The notes: generated by a model not told the origin, from the letters alone. DNA of 63,351 bases, filler included, from Choristocarpus tenellus KU-1152 (GCA_964200185.2; 7 parts of 7 records of this genome joined end to end with filler, not necessarily neighbours in it), one strand, 5' to 3'. Positions 34,811 to 48,513 are shown, numbered from the whole stretch's first letter. Numbers and translations: made by a program.

Positions 34811-35252
34811 TTGATGGCAAGGTATTCGGTAGTATCAGTAGCGGGGACTAATAATAGTCCACATGTCCACTGTTGTTGTGGAGATAGAGGAGCGCCAGTG
34901 GAAGAACTCGACTACAGGGTGGCAGAATGGTATCTAGTCAATCAGGACGTTGTTCCTCACCGAGGTGATCCCCGACAACCTATGTCCAGTAGACAGGAAG
35001 TCGTTGGAGTGGAGGGTTTGCTACCTGGAAATCTATCAAATGCAGAAATTGGAGCAGTTGACGTCAAAATTTGAAAGGAGCAAATGCTAGTAAACAAGGA
35101 CGCAGTCGGATGTATTACCTTCATCGGCACTTTTCGTTACATATTCCATTCTAATACATGAGACACTTGCCACTTCAACAAGACAACTTTGCCACTGTGT
35201 TTCCCCCTTACTTGATATGTCTAAAACCCTGTGCTACTTGGTGATATACAGC

Positions 35253-35430
35253 GACCCAAAGTATCTGGGGGGAGGGGGGGGAACTACACCAGGGTGCTCA
35301 TTTGGACCAAAATAAGGAAAAGTGCACTTTCATTATCCATCCGACGTATGGAACCAAATCACACAAGAATCGAGACATGAAAAAATGTCCCAAATTGACA
35401 GCCGCTACCCACCCCCAGCTACTTTGAGCC
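35253..35430. mobile_element. MITE family C
   Basis: GACCCAAAGTATCTGGGGGG ... CCCCCAGCTACTTTGAGCC; flanks CAGC/CTGC. Confidence 0.85.
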
Positions 35431-36485
35431 CTGCCCCAGCTGCCATGCCTCTTTATCTAGAGGTGACACACGTTGATGCCTCATCCTGGACGAGGTACAG
35501 TTCGCCGGATTTGAGATTCTTGCTTAGTGTGACTTCCCCTGTGACTGAACTTGCCAGCCCCAATACAAATGCCGCATTCCATGCTTCATTCCCTTCGCCC
35601 CATACCCACATATTTTTTGCTGCACTTATTGTCCGAGGCTAGGTTGTCAAGAAAGTCGTTACGGCAGTAGGGATGGCTGGAGCAGAGATTCAAAGTAAAT
35701 GAGAGGTAACCAGAGTTGCATTTAAAGGATGCTGACCAACATGTGCATAATTCTTCTAATTTTCACAAATGCACGTAGATTTTTTCTGAATTGTGTCGAA
35801 ATTTTTCAAACAATGGAAAGCACGAGCGGAGAGAGGACTCAATCTGGTAAAAAAAGAGAGAAAGACCATACGGAGTTGACTGTACAAAGAAGGGGGGGCA
35901 GGAGTTTCAGGACATCAAGGAGTTTGGGGATGGTTTTGTTGACCCGAGCAAGGTTTGTTGGTGACTTCTCAACAATACACAAAACCAACAAGTGTGTGTT
36001 GTTGTATTCCTCCACGATCCAATTATTCCAGCATATTATGTCGTACATGCACTGAACAAAAACATCTGAGAGGTAGGCAGGTTTTGACGCTTTTCCACCC
36101 AAAGGTATAGCTTCTACCCTCTATTTTATTGCTTGATATGTGCAATAGTGTACACAAAATTGATATTATTTCCCCTTTGCCACAGGCAATGTGATACCAC
36201 AATTGAGCACAGGTTCTTTGTGCAATTTTACAAAATATAGTCTTTTCCGCCGTTTGTCGGGATCCATAAAACGCAACCTTTCCATCCTCTCAATTAATTT
36301 GCCTAATATGCGAAAACTATATATTTATTCGAATGAATAGAAGTCAGAGAGTAATGGGGTTCGAACCCACAAAATTCATAGACAAGAGCGAACATTACTT
36401 TCAACTATCATGAAGTATGCAAGATTTGTCACCACCCACCCGGAAGAGACTCGTATCAACCCTAAGCAGGACATTCTACCTAACA

Positions 36486-39007
36486 ATGACTCGTTTAAAC
36501 CTATTGAGTCGTGGAGTGAGGATCAGCGTTCGAGGTTCCCGCCAGCTCAGTGTACGCCATGACTTCGTCAATGTGAATGAGAGAGAGAAGGCAATTGCAT
36601 CTCTTGATGGATGGGCAGAGGTGAGTACAGTTCGACGCAAAAGAATATGTATACCTTCACCAAACTCGTTCTTGCCTCTATGTAGGTTCACCCCCAGCAT
36701 TTGAGCATTTCTCTTCTTAACGTGATAGTACAATGGTTATTATATGTGCTAGAGATGGAGTCCAACCTCCTCCTTTAACCGGTCCTTCTGCCTCAGGAAA
36801 ACGGGAGAGATGCAATCTGCAAGACATTCAGCTTCGCAGACTTCAACCAAGCGTGGTCCTTCATGTCCAGGACAGCGCTCATGGCAGAGAAGGTGAGAGG
36901 TTTGAAAGAAAGTTGAATAATAAACCTCCTACTGTAAGGAGTACGGCGATCGTACAATATGCGGTCGAAGAAGGAGAGGTCAGGAGGAAAGAGAAAGAGC
37001 GGGTTGTGACCTATTGACAAATGGGAAATGGGAAACAACCTATATGCTATACCTCGCGGGCTATGCTCGGTAAGGTTGAGTGTGAAGCCGAAAGATCGAG
37101 TGTGAAGCCAATGATACGAAGCGTAGCCTCTACATTGCCTTCGTGGGGTTACTGTACCCAACCTTTACACAGAGGATGAGTATATAGATTGCAAGTACGA
37201 CAAGAAGTTGGAGTTGGCCGACCATCATTGGAGTTTCACGGTTGTGCCCATTCCTGGTGATACACTTGTCCATTTGGTGGGCAGCATGCGAATTAAATGC
37301 CGTAATGATTACATAGCGCACAAAAACCCCAATATACGGCATGCAATTCGCAAAGTTTGCTACAGAAGTCCTGAACTTATCCCACCCCAACATGCATTAT
37401 ATTTGGCAGATGTGTTGCAAACTTTTGGTATTTCGGGTGAGTTGTAGTTAGGAGAATCGAGCAAAATTTGTGTTCTGTCTTAATTGAACTAGCAGGTGTA
37501 TTGAGGAACAAAATTAGATACCCCACAGCATGGTCTCCCCTTGCCGTTTTGCTCTTTTGTAACTCGTTCTGGAAGTTTGGGTGGCATGCTCCCATGTGAC
37601 TACAGGCATTATGGTGTGAGTGCGGTGATCTGCGTCTAAGTTATGGTTTTGATGGTCAGGTTTGTGTGATCCACCCTCTTCATTAGCATGACTGCTCTGG
37701 TATACCTTGTGTGTTCGTTAGAACATAATATCCTTGATTAGATTTGCCGGATTGACTGGGACAATCTATTCATGTGGCAACTGTCCTCTCCAGTTTACTG
37801 TCAAGTGTATAAATGTGAAGGACTAGTGCTTGAGATGACTAATTAATTGATGGAGAGAGCACTAATGACTGTTATTCTCATTAAAGACAGGAGAAGCCTC
37901 ATTGTTTCAGTGGGTAGAGTACGAGTGCCGTCATTTTTACCTTACAAAAAAACGAAGTGTTTACCAATTGGTGAGTTAGTCTTCTTTTCTTTTTCCTAAC
38001 AACAGCACCTCTTCTGCAATGCACTCTTCCTTTGATGTGATGTTCCTTTGCACCTATTACAACTGCAGCATTGATAGCATGTAGAAGTGCTTGATCTCTC
38101 TCTCTCTCTTTAGTTGATCACTTTGAAGTGGAAGTAACCTTGGGCACTCTCATGTAGGAGTTTGGGCGGGTGTTTGGTTCATATACACAATCATTTTTCT
38201 TGACATGCTTTTGAACTCAATCATCTAGACTTTTCCGCAAAGTGGAGGAAGAGGCAGATTTGAGTTTCTTCCCCCGGGCTACTCGCAGTACTGTCCAGAG
38301 ATAGCTGTGGCCTGCTGGATGTAAGCAGACATTGTTCAGTGCTTTTTTGCTGAGAGGAGTGTTTCATGATGGATCATCAATATTTGTATGTATGTGATAC
38401 ATAAATATACCAATAAAATATTTAGAACTTGTGGCGCGTACAAATTATGCTCATGGTGTGTTGGACGGTCTAGCTCTCATTTTTTGGAAATATCTGTGTG
38501 CTTTGGTGCACCCCCTGAGCATGAAATGAGACCAGTATGGTTTCACAACACTAGCAGCAGGGTTCTGAATGGTGTGTACATATTCCACTTGCTGCCTGTA
38601 CTGTTGCTGAAGTGGATATAAGATGTTTTTCCCCTTTAGATTAGTCTCTTTCAAAGTATGTCAAGTCAAATGGCTATTATTGCTGGAGAGGGTCAGTCAC
38701 TCAGCCCATCTCTGCCTTGGGCCCTTACACTGCCTAGAGCTAGCTCTACATTAGAGACCCAAGACTTGATTAGGTAGTATACTTTGAAATGGTGATGTGC
38801 AATGTAAAAAAAGGTGGGTTTGTTGACCCTCCTTCTTGCTGCTCACCATGATAAAAAAAAAAGATGGACCACCATCCAGAGTGGTCCAACATCTACAACC
38901 GAGTGGATGTCACACTGGCAACCCATGACAGTGGTGGTGTGACCAAGAAGGACATCAAGCTGGCGGCTCATATGGACAAGTTCGCCCACTCACTGATTCA
39001 GAGTTGA
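36486..39007 (+). CDS. PCBD: Pterin-4-alpha-carbinolamine dehydratase with a likely organellar presequence; exons 36486(or 36417)-36620, 36797-36892, 38864-39007
   Basis: Spliced frame ..[79 protein letters not shown] with the HHPEW.N.YN..THD motif; GT-AG introns; Arg/Ser-rich N-terminus. Confidence 0.92.
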
Positions 39008-41851
39008 TTTTGAACCTACCCTGGCACGCATGCGAGGTGGATGAATTCAGAGCGCTGGACCTCTTGTGTATATAGACAGGCAGATAATACCTGTGAGGTG
39101 GTTTTGTCGCCACTACTGTGAGCCCAGAGAGATTTTGCAATGGGTTCAAGGTCATTTCGGCGTCTTGGATTTGCAAATTCCTGTTGTGTGTGTGGATGGT
39201 ACGATGTGGAGGTCTGAGGCATTCGTATAGATAGTGCCAGCTGCAAGGATTGACTTCATTGACTTTATATGACCTTCCACTTGGAACCTGCCGAAGACAT
39301 TATTGGTAAACAGGGCATTTCATGTGCTGAAGCATAGGTAGACCTGTCCCTGCAGACACAGGTAGCGAGGTAAGATGTGGGTTTTTCTGTATTGTTTTTT
39401 GGTGGGTAATGTCGGGATCTGAAATGACCACAACTACAGAGGTGTGTCTCATGTAGATAGTGACAGGTGATTTAAACAGGTGTTTTCACTCAATCTTCGT
39501 TTAACCAATAAAACTTCCTACTGCAGCTTCGGCTCATTTTCTAATATTCAAAACATCTCAACGATGACACCTGGTTGTGGTAACAGATCATCAGTATCTG
39601 TCCATTTATTACTGGTTAAATTTGAATTTATGATTTTTTGGAGTAGGTACTAATGGTCAGAGTACAAACAGCAATACCTCCATTCTACACCACATCATGA
39701 CTATCTGTGTGAAAGGATCAGTTGCACCTTCACTCACCCTTCCCACACTGTACATGATAGCACGCCCAACTACTCACACAATTGTGTGGAAAGCACGACT
39801 AGACAGTGTATTTTCTGAAGGTGATGTCTCATACACACATCTGCTTTCGAAGTGTGCAGCTGATCTTAAGTGTAAACTATCCTACTTTGAAATTCAATGA
39901 TGTCAACAAGGTGTAGGTGTATGTTGCATCCAGTCCTGAGAATGCATCCAAGCAATTTTCTTCCAGTTAGACACTCCTTGCCCCCAAATATATGTTTCAG
40001 CCATCAGAATCTGAAACAGAGACAACTCCTAGTAACCTCTACCTTGTCCCAACTATTGAAATAGTAGGTGAAAATATGTTTTCTACTTGATGGACTCAAA
40101 AATACCCATGTATGTGATATACTGCAACAATAAACTGGACAAAGTTTTTTAGCATGTAGTGTACTCAGAAGGTTGCATACACTACACCGGAAGTATTTTA
40201 CAATTATGAATGATTCAATTACACCTATCTGTAAATTTAGAGGAAATAATGACTACAATCAAAACCCCCTCATGGCAGTCAACTGTTTCTGTCCCTAGCC
40301 TCACTTGCAGAGTCAACACTTGGATAATATATTATAGAAAAAACTCAGGTACATACACTGGTAACCCATTTTCATTACACAACACGAAAAATCAGGATCA
40401 CTTGCAATACTACAAGGTTTAGTCTTGACACTACCACTAATCAGTGGGTATTATAATTTTTGAATGAAGTTCGTAGCAAACGGAGCTCACACCATATACA
40501 TTACTAACACCCCCACCACAATTGGATATCTTTTCATGTAATCCTCACATGGGCAGATCACCCTAATTAAACAGCTTGCTAAAGAATTAAACGGACAATA
40601 TTTCAACACCTTGAACCACTGATATTCTACTCACATGTCATGAAGCTCTCCCTAGAGTTCCATTGTTGGGGGTGTGCAGCACTATATTGTTGCATGGTGC
40701 AGACATAATGGAACAAATTGTTTACAGTATAGGTGTAGGATCGATCTGATTACCAAACATACACACCAACCAGATAAATTCTTAAGGTTCAGACTACAGG
40801 ATTATCCTAAACTTTTAGTACAGGTTGATATGTGGAAGGGACTATCAGAACAAGTAGACATTTGAGTTACATTTGGCTGGTCTAGAAAGATGGCCACAAT
40901 TCATAGCATGGAAAATGATACTCACAAGTAAATTTCGCAGCAATATTCAATGGAGTGTAACACACCTGTGGCACGTAAGTGAGCTGAAATTCAAGAACAA
41001 GGACAAAACAAGATTGAAAAGGAACTTACGATGTACGGCATGAATCTATATTCCACAGGTACCATCAGATTGACAACACGTGGAGATAAAAACCCATATA
41101 CAGACCACCATCGAGGTCCACATAGCGTATCACCTTCATCTCCAGTTTGGAGAGAGTAATGAGGTAAGACGAGATTGATCAACCCGATATATTTTTATCA
41201 TGCAGGTTGTCTATCTTACACACAAACGAGTGAGCAGTGAAATGAGGACAGCAAACAAATGACCTCGTACATCAACGTGCCACCTAATGTTCATCCTGCC
41301 ACAAATTCACACTCACACTCAATCACCCACCCCACCTAAGCCACTGTGCGCTGTACAAAGATGCACCGACCACGGCACCACATAGGTCCCACAAAAGTGC
41401 TTCCCTAGGCCCCGAGATCTCCCTGCGTCCTGCCCCTCTCTGCTGGATGGCATTGTGGCACAGGTATGTATCCAGGAAAGGAAAGAGACAAAAAGAGGAC
41501 AGATTACCCTTCCTACACGCAAACCCTGCTCTATTACTGTTGTTGTAAGCGACTGAAAAGCAACCTGAAATCCGAAAGATTATGGTTTAAGTGCCTCCAC
41601 ACCACTCGACTAAATCGATTGACCTACATCGGACTTCCTCCATTCTATTGAGCTTCTGCCATTAGACGGTATTCAAAACAGCCAACCTGGTCCTACCCGT
41701 TCTCCAGTCAAGTGGCTTGGCATAATGTCTCCACGAACCATTCCGAGTTTAATAATCCGCTCCAGAATGACCTGAGTTGCACAGGCTCATCACGTGATAT
41801 GCCCTTCCACCCACCACTACACGGCTGTTGAGGTGTTATCTTTATGTAGAA

Positions 41852-43052
41852 TCAAGGCATAAGAAGACCACCCAGCCACTCGTTAACGACAGTAAGGAAG
41901 GGCGTGTTGGTAGCCATGGCGTGGGCAGCAACGGCAACCAGTCCCATCATTGCCATTCGGCCATTGTAGATCTCAGCCTCAGGGGTGAGGCCAGTGACGA
42001 AAGCGGGGAGAACGCCTGGGGCGGGCTCGTCCTCCTCACCCTCTTCAAGGAATAGCTTATCCTGGAAAGACAAGGGAGCGATAGTCGCACAGACTGACAC
42101 CGCGAACGCATGGATGTTGGCCACGAGAATGATGGCACGCTCGTTTGTGATGGATTCCGCCCCCTGGGTATATGCGAGGGTTCCCCACACCTTGAGGTCA
42201 AGCATCTGATCAGGGTTGGGGATCAAGTTGTGGGCCTGGGCATATCCTGTGCAGATGATAAAGAACCACCCGAACATAGCATGGCGGCCGTTCCACCTCT
42301 CCGCCTTAGCGGTAGGTCCCCACCCATACTTGGAGTACTCTGGGAACTCCGAAGCGAAGCTAGCCTGGGCTTCATCAAATGCCTGGAAAGACATCGATGT
42401 CGACGTACGTACAGGGGTCGCCGACTGTGCGGGCACAGCTGCCCGCGCATTGAAGCGCAGAGGGGCCGTCGGCACGAACGCCTAATAGTAACGATCATAT
42501 GGTGATGGGGTTCATTCGGCGAGAAAGAGTCAGTGGAGAGTATTAAAAATAGCAGTCCTTGTAAGCCTCGAATGTAGGACAGGCTGATTGTGACCTTGGA
42601 CAGATACGATTTGTGCATGCCACAAGTATACGTGCAAAACATGCCCTGTAAGACTTGTAGATCACGTAGAGGCCTAGACAAAAACTCAGTCCATCCATCA
42701 CATCCATTCGTGCAGCAGGATATGGCCAAAATAAAACATCGGTACCATTATAGAGCTTCACCTTGCCCTCAAAATGTCGCCCTTTAACAATGACATTCCA
42801 AACATGCTTGGTTTGTCATGCAAATAGCATTATATTGCAAGAGTTGAACGAGCAATTGCGTATTCCAGACGCATGCGGTGCCTACAGAACACAATGTAAC
42901 TACGAGCAGTGCGTAGGTGTCATATGTGACTCACAGAGCAATAGGAGTAGATTGAGTGAGGTCAACGTCACACAAAAATCACGCGTCCCTACTTCATTTA
43001 CCTGAGCGCCCGCGACAAGCATAGCACAGCCGAGCGCGAAAGCAGCCTTCAT
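41852..43052 (-). CDS. RedCAP: RedCAP (LHC-like chlorophyll-binding protein of red-lineage plastids), 226 aa; exons 43052-43002, 42481-41852
   Basis: Signal peptide MKAAFALGCAMLVAGAQ + AFVP (ASAFAP-type) transit peptide; two LHC motifs AERWNGRHAMFG and AEIYNGRMAMMG. The LHC-like family call is secure; the RedCAP subfamily call is from motif memory. Confidence 0.85.
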
Positions 43053-43634
43053 GATTCAGTGAGAATAATCGATTGGATATAACCCTGTCCTGTCTTTCTA
43101 AATTGGTCACAATCCCTGTTCCTCCTCTCCTTGTACAACTCACGTAGACAAAAACAGAAAGGAATGTTTTATTTTTTGACAGTGTTGAGGGTATCCTCGC
43201 GCGCAAGCTGAGGTCGTATTATTTTTTTCAATGATTCGCGCGGCAAGAACGTTTTGTGCGAGGGAGAGGAAGGGATTTGTTGAGGAATTGATGTAGAGAC
43301 AAGAATAGTTGCCCAACACAATAGTCAAGATAGGGAATGTCCGAGATGCTTAACTTCCCTATGTACCTCTGGGAAGGGTTTAGTTATGATGCCAAAAATT
43401 TGCATATACCCAATGCGGACCTCTGATGGTCTATTACAGTAGACACGTGTTGGGAGTGATCACCCCGTCCGTCCCACTCTTGGATCAACGAAACGACTCC
43501 ACCGCAACTTGCGTAAGTCATACAACGAGAGGACTATGTGATGTACGAATCCACTCCCAAACTTGTCCCAACCGTCACTAGAGGATTAAATATTGGGAAT
43601 CATCATTCATTGTAATTTCATAACGTACATCCAT

Positions 43635-43835
43635 AAGCCAAGTAAACGTAGGCGTTCTATTGAAGGAGACACGATTCTATCTAGTCACCTCGTCCGTTTT
43701 CCCTTTGAGTTTTTGAAGGCGCATCGCATGCACCTCCAAGCCAAGTAAACGTAGGCCTTCTATTGAAGGAGACACGATTCTATCTAGTCACCTCGTCCGT
43801 TTTCCCTTTTGAGATTTTGAAGGCGCATCGCACCT
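43635..43835. repeat. ~103-bp tandem duplication
   Basis: AAGCCAAGTAAACGTAGGC..GAAGGCGCATCGCA twice. Confidence 0.92.
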
Positions 43836-45821
43836 CGCATGTTTCTGCTCAATCCTTCGAACTATTCATTCAGATATTGTCTGTCTTCATGTCATACATC
43901 CAAGCGCCAGACACAGATGATAGCGATGTGGTATCTGGGTGACATCACTACTACGGTCAAGGCCAAGAGAAGGTCTCGTTTTGTAACCTTCATTGCGTTT
44001 AGATTAATCATGTGCACTCAACCGAAAAGAAATAAGCAACTAACTGTATTATTTCTACTTGCACAAGTAAGTACACCATGCATTATGGTAGTCGTAGTCT
44101 CGTTCAGAAAGTCCACGCATCCATACAAAAAATGGTTATTTCTACCATACATATTCTGTATTCTTTGCCTTGATGAGACGGGAGATATTGTTACTGTTAC
44201 ATATGTCGCGTATAAAATTTATCCCGCCCTAATATAGTACGAATTCCCTGAGATTGAGAAATATAGAGCCAAACCAATTTAGAGGTAGGCAAGGTTCACT
44301 TTAAGGATCCTGAGAAAGGGCAAAAGGATGACATTTTGTATAATGAGGAAAGAACTGTTGCTCAAGGGTCAAAGCCTGCCTACCTATCCATTGGTTAGGC
44401 TCATATTGAATAGATACATATTATAATATTTTGACTTGAGAGGTAGAGGTATTGTGCTCTTCCCTTTACTCCACAAAGCAAAATAAAACACGCGATTAAG
44501 TAAGCAACGGGCAAGCTGTATGAGGAATGGAGGGGGAATAGATAGGCACAAACTTCCCATCTATGCTCCATCTCACAGACATAGTTCTAGTACAATCCAG
44601 AACTTTGTAGAGAGGGCGAACAGGAGGTTGTTGCTAAGTCTCACAGAAATAGGAGGGGGAGCACCTCTTTCATTGTGATGCATTGTGAGGTGTACAGTGT
44701 ATTGGCTGTAGAAGGTGGAATTGAGAAGAGATTAAACATCATACATAAGACATGCATTACAAAAAAAAGATGATTTTGAAAAACAACAAAGTGCAAGATA
44801 TCTATCCGCAGCGAACATCGCAATATGAAATGATGATGATTGAGGGCAAATTCTACTACCCTCAGGTGCTGGTGTTACCTTGAACTCGATGCAGAAGTAT
44901 GTATATTCTACATAATCTCAGTTGCTGGAGCCGAAGATTACTGAACCTTCCACAGGTCCCTGTGTTGTTTATTTTCCTTACCCCTACGCCTGTACACACA
45001 GTCCATGCAGTACAGAATTACTATAATGATTATCCGCAATCTAATTTTTGTGTATAAAGTGTCAAATATTTAGGGAGTAAAGAATATTGCAAGGCAGCCG
45101 TATCTGGTTGACTTAATGTGAAAGGTAGAATGTTGTATTATTAGTGTGAATTATGATCTTTTAGAAAATGTCCTTTACTCTTTAATCTTAGTTCTATTAC
45201 CTTCTTTGAGAATATTTATTTTATGTTTGCAAGACTCAGCAGCGAAACCGCAATCGACAAGTGAATGAAAAACACCCCACTAAGTCCTCTGGAGCTAATT
45301 CATTTACACACTGCGCAGGATAAACTGGGAACTTCCAAAGCTTCCTCAAGACCGGCATCACAACAAAAACACGTCTGCCTACATGGAAGAGGGTAGACAA
45401 GAAACATGACGGCACAACTATGCCTGTAGCGACCTGTGTCCAGTGTGTCTGAACACAACTCACAGATGCAATTAAAAAACACTTAGCATATGCTGTACCA
45501 CAAAAAAAAGCTTGGAAGGGTGTCCAGAAGGAAATTATACACAGGCAGCATGTTGTTGAGCACCACCACAAGATAACACATGCCTGGCTTTGCTGACATG
45601 TCTTTCACCACCACTCAAAGTTAGGTGCCTAACTTCCTTTAAAACATCATATTCTGTTAATTGATTCTACCAAACACATGTCACTCACGAAGGAACTTCA
45701 TCAATAATAACGTGTCAGGTCAACTGTAGCCTTCACACCCATTGGCAACTATCACCATCTACAGCCCTATTAGCATAAAAAAAAGTGTCTGCACACCTTA
45801 CCTTGCCTGAGGTGACTTAAT

Positions 45822-48513
45822 TTACGGGGAAGTCAAATACTCCTCTGTTGGTCTATTGTTGTTTCGACCTTTTTCACTATGCATACTACCCTTAGGTGAC
45901 CATTGCTTTTCTGCTACATGCCTATAGTTCCCATTTTTCCCTAGGGCTCTAGGATGACCTCGTTCACCTCTTGGGCAGGGCTGCATTGTCACTGGACTAA
46001 TGGAACTCCAACCTAGCACTCTGTGTTCTCTATCTCTATGAGACAATGGAACATCGTCACCAACTCTTTCGAAATGGACAGCTTGCCCTAACCCAGAGGT
46101 GATTGCGAGTGGGACAAGTTGGCCCCTGGGAAGAGCTTCCCGAACATTTCTATCTGAATTGACCACAGGATAATTAGAAGGTGGTTCTGACAGAGTCTGG
46201 GGCTGAGATGGCAAATCCTCACACACTTGATGTCTTCTTCCATACCCATACCTATCCACATGTGTCTGTTGCAACTCTTCTCCAGTGTCCCCAAGCTGTT
46301 GCACAGTAGGAACACTCACCCGTTGAACCTGTCGACCCCTTACCCCACTTGACCTGTCCCCCATTCTGGATTGAGGGTGATTACCCCCCAGAATTCTAGT
46401 GCCCTTCCCTGAGCTGTGACGCCGAAGAAATAGGGGCGAGGTTTTGGGTCGTGGTCCAGAACAAGGGATGTTATCTGAGTGAGTGCTAATTGTGGTAGCT
46501 GCCGTATGCCTGCTAGGGGTAGTCAATGACCCTGCCTTGCTCCTCCCTCTCTGGCGTTGGAATAGTAACCCCTCTTGTTTCATTCGAGGTTCAAGGTCCA
46601 CAAGAAAATGCTGTTGGGGGCCAACTATGCTCCCTGGCCGGCATATTCGACAAAGTGCGATGGTTTCTGCAGCTGAATACCCAAAGTGCTTCATCATATA
46701 AAGACCTATATTTGTGCCTGTCCTTCCGAGGCCAGCCTTGCAGTGCACTGCTATTGCTCCCTGGTAGGAATTGTCATCGCCATAGGAGAGATGAAAATAT
46801 TTGAAGAAGGGATTATCAGCAAGTGAGAAGCTTGAAAAGCTTCGCCCTAAGCAAAGCTGTCAAAACTCCATAAGCCCCTGTGTGGTCTGGTCAAACAGCT
46901 TGTTAGGTGTACCATAGTCTGGCTAGGAAGAGGAGAAAATTCCACAAGACTTATTTATCAATTTAAGGAGTTGCAAAGCTGATGGGATTCCTTGCCTTCG
47001 TCTCCTCACATATCCTAAGGAAGCGCTGAAGGATCTCTTCAGATGGGTTACCCCCATCCACATAGAACAGGTCAAAGTGCTTAATTCCTGCTTCTGTGAA
47101 GCGTCTGCGGTCGTAACATTTCTTGTTGAAACGAATAACTGCGGTAACTCCCATCCGCCGGAACACTGGAACATAATCTTCTGCCAGATAGGTGAAATGA
47201 CCCGGCTCCACTTCGCGCCGGCTTGAGTTGTTGACGGAAAATTGCCGACCAAACGGATTATGTACGGAAGAGAGGGAAGTCATAAGGATATGAGAATGCA
47301 GTATTCAGCGCTGACATGGTCATATTCTGGTGTGGAGTGGTGAATGAGCAAATACTATAATCACATGTTGTTATCCAGGCAAATACCTATCCTGTGGAAG
47401 TGAGACTCGTTCGACAGAAGAGTATCTGCACCAGGGATAGCAACCTACCTAAGTTTCACTACAGAAGTAACATAATTGAACTTACTAGGAGAGTGGCCCA
47501 CTAAAGGCAATAAATTTCCCAGGTATGATCCAATTGATGTCTCCATTCGAAATGTCGTTATGAAATCCGTACTCATCAGGATCGAAGGTATCCAAATTAA
47601 TATGATCTAGCATCATGGCCCTATGCACAGCCCGCACACAGTCCAGTACTGAAAGATGGTAGGTGCATATACCAAAGGCAGCATCACGGAAGGGGATGAG
47701 GGGTGGTTGTAACCCAAGGAATGGACCGTACGCTTCCTCTGGTGTTCTGCCTAGGCGTAGCACCTGAGTGGCATGTGACAGTTGATATACAATACTGTTG
47801 ACATTGGTAAGCTGCTCATATCTTGTAGTACAATGAAAGAGATTTCGTCTTCGACGCATGACTTGCTGTACGACCTCCCCCTTGTTTTTACACTTACTGC
47901 TATCAATTTTTGTATACCATTCCATAATGCCTGACGTGGTTACAGGAGCGCAGATGTCTAGCAATATAGTTGCACTCACCAGAGTGCAGCAACACACGAT
48001 AGTATTAAACAGGGTTGAGCTTACTCATCTCCTATGAAGGTGTCTAACAGCTGAGAGATCGGCCAGTGTACTGTGCGAACATGCATGCGGTTTTCCATGT
48101 GAAACGACCTCTTTCTGCAACGCCCTGCGACGACAGCGCCAGCGTGTACGCTCGAAGCTGCTCACCGAATATGAAAGTATCAAAACAGCAGAGTTAGATC
48201 GTCGGTGAAGGTGGTCACTTGAGTAGTAGAATATTGTCTTGCCAAGGTGCTCCGGGTTCTCCAGTATCTCTCGAAGACGACGCGAAAAAGCATAAATATG
48301 ACCCAAATGCAGTGGACCAAAGTCGGCAAAAAAGTGCTGATAGACAAGACTGTCATCTGTTTGAAAGAACAGACAGTGCTGGTCGCTTTGAGGTGGGCAG
48401 CAGTCCTCCGGGAGAGAGACAAACATTAGCCGGCTTTCTATTATTTCGCATGCTTGTTCGAGGAGGTGGTCTAGACTCCCCGATGTCCACTTCGCCTTGA
48501 GCTGTGAGGACAT
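45822..48513 (-). CDS. CDC14: Dual-specificity protein phosphatase CDC14; exons 48513-48166, 47763-47486, 47221-46996, 46760-45822
   Basis: Motifs [20 protein letters not shown]-like [56 protein letters not shown]. Exon phases are consistent; the third intron is GC-AG. Long low-complexity C-terminal tail. Confidence 0.95.
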
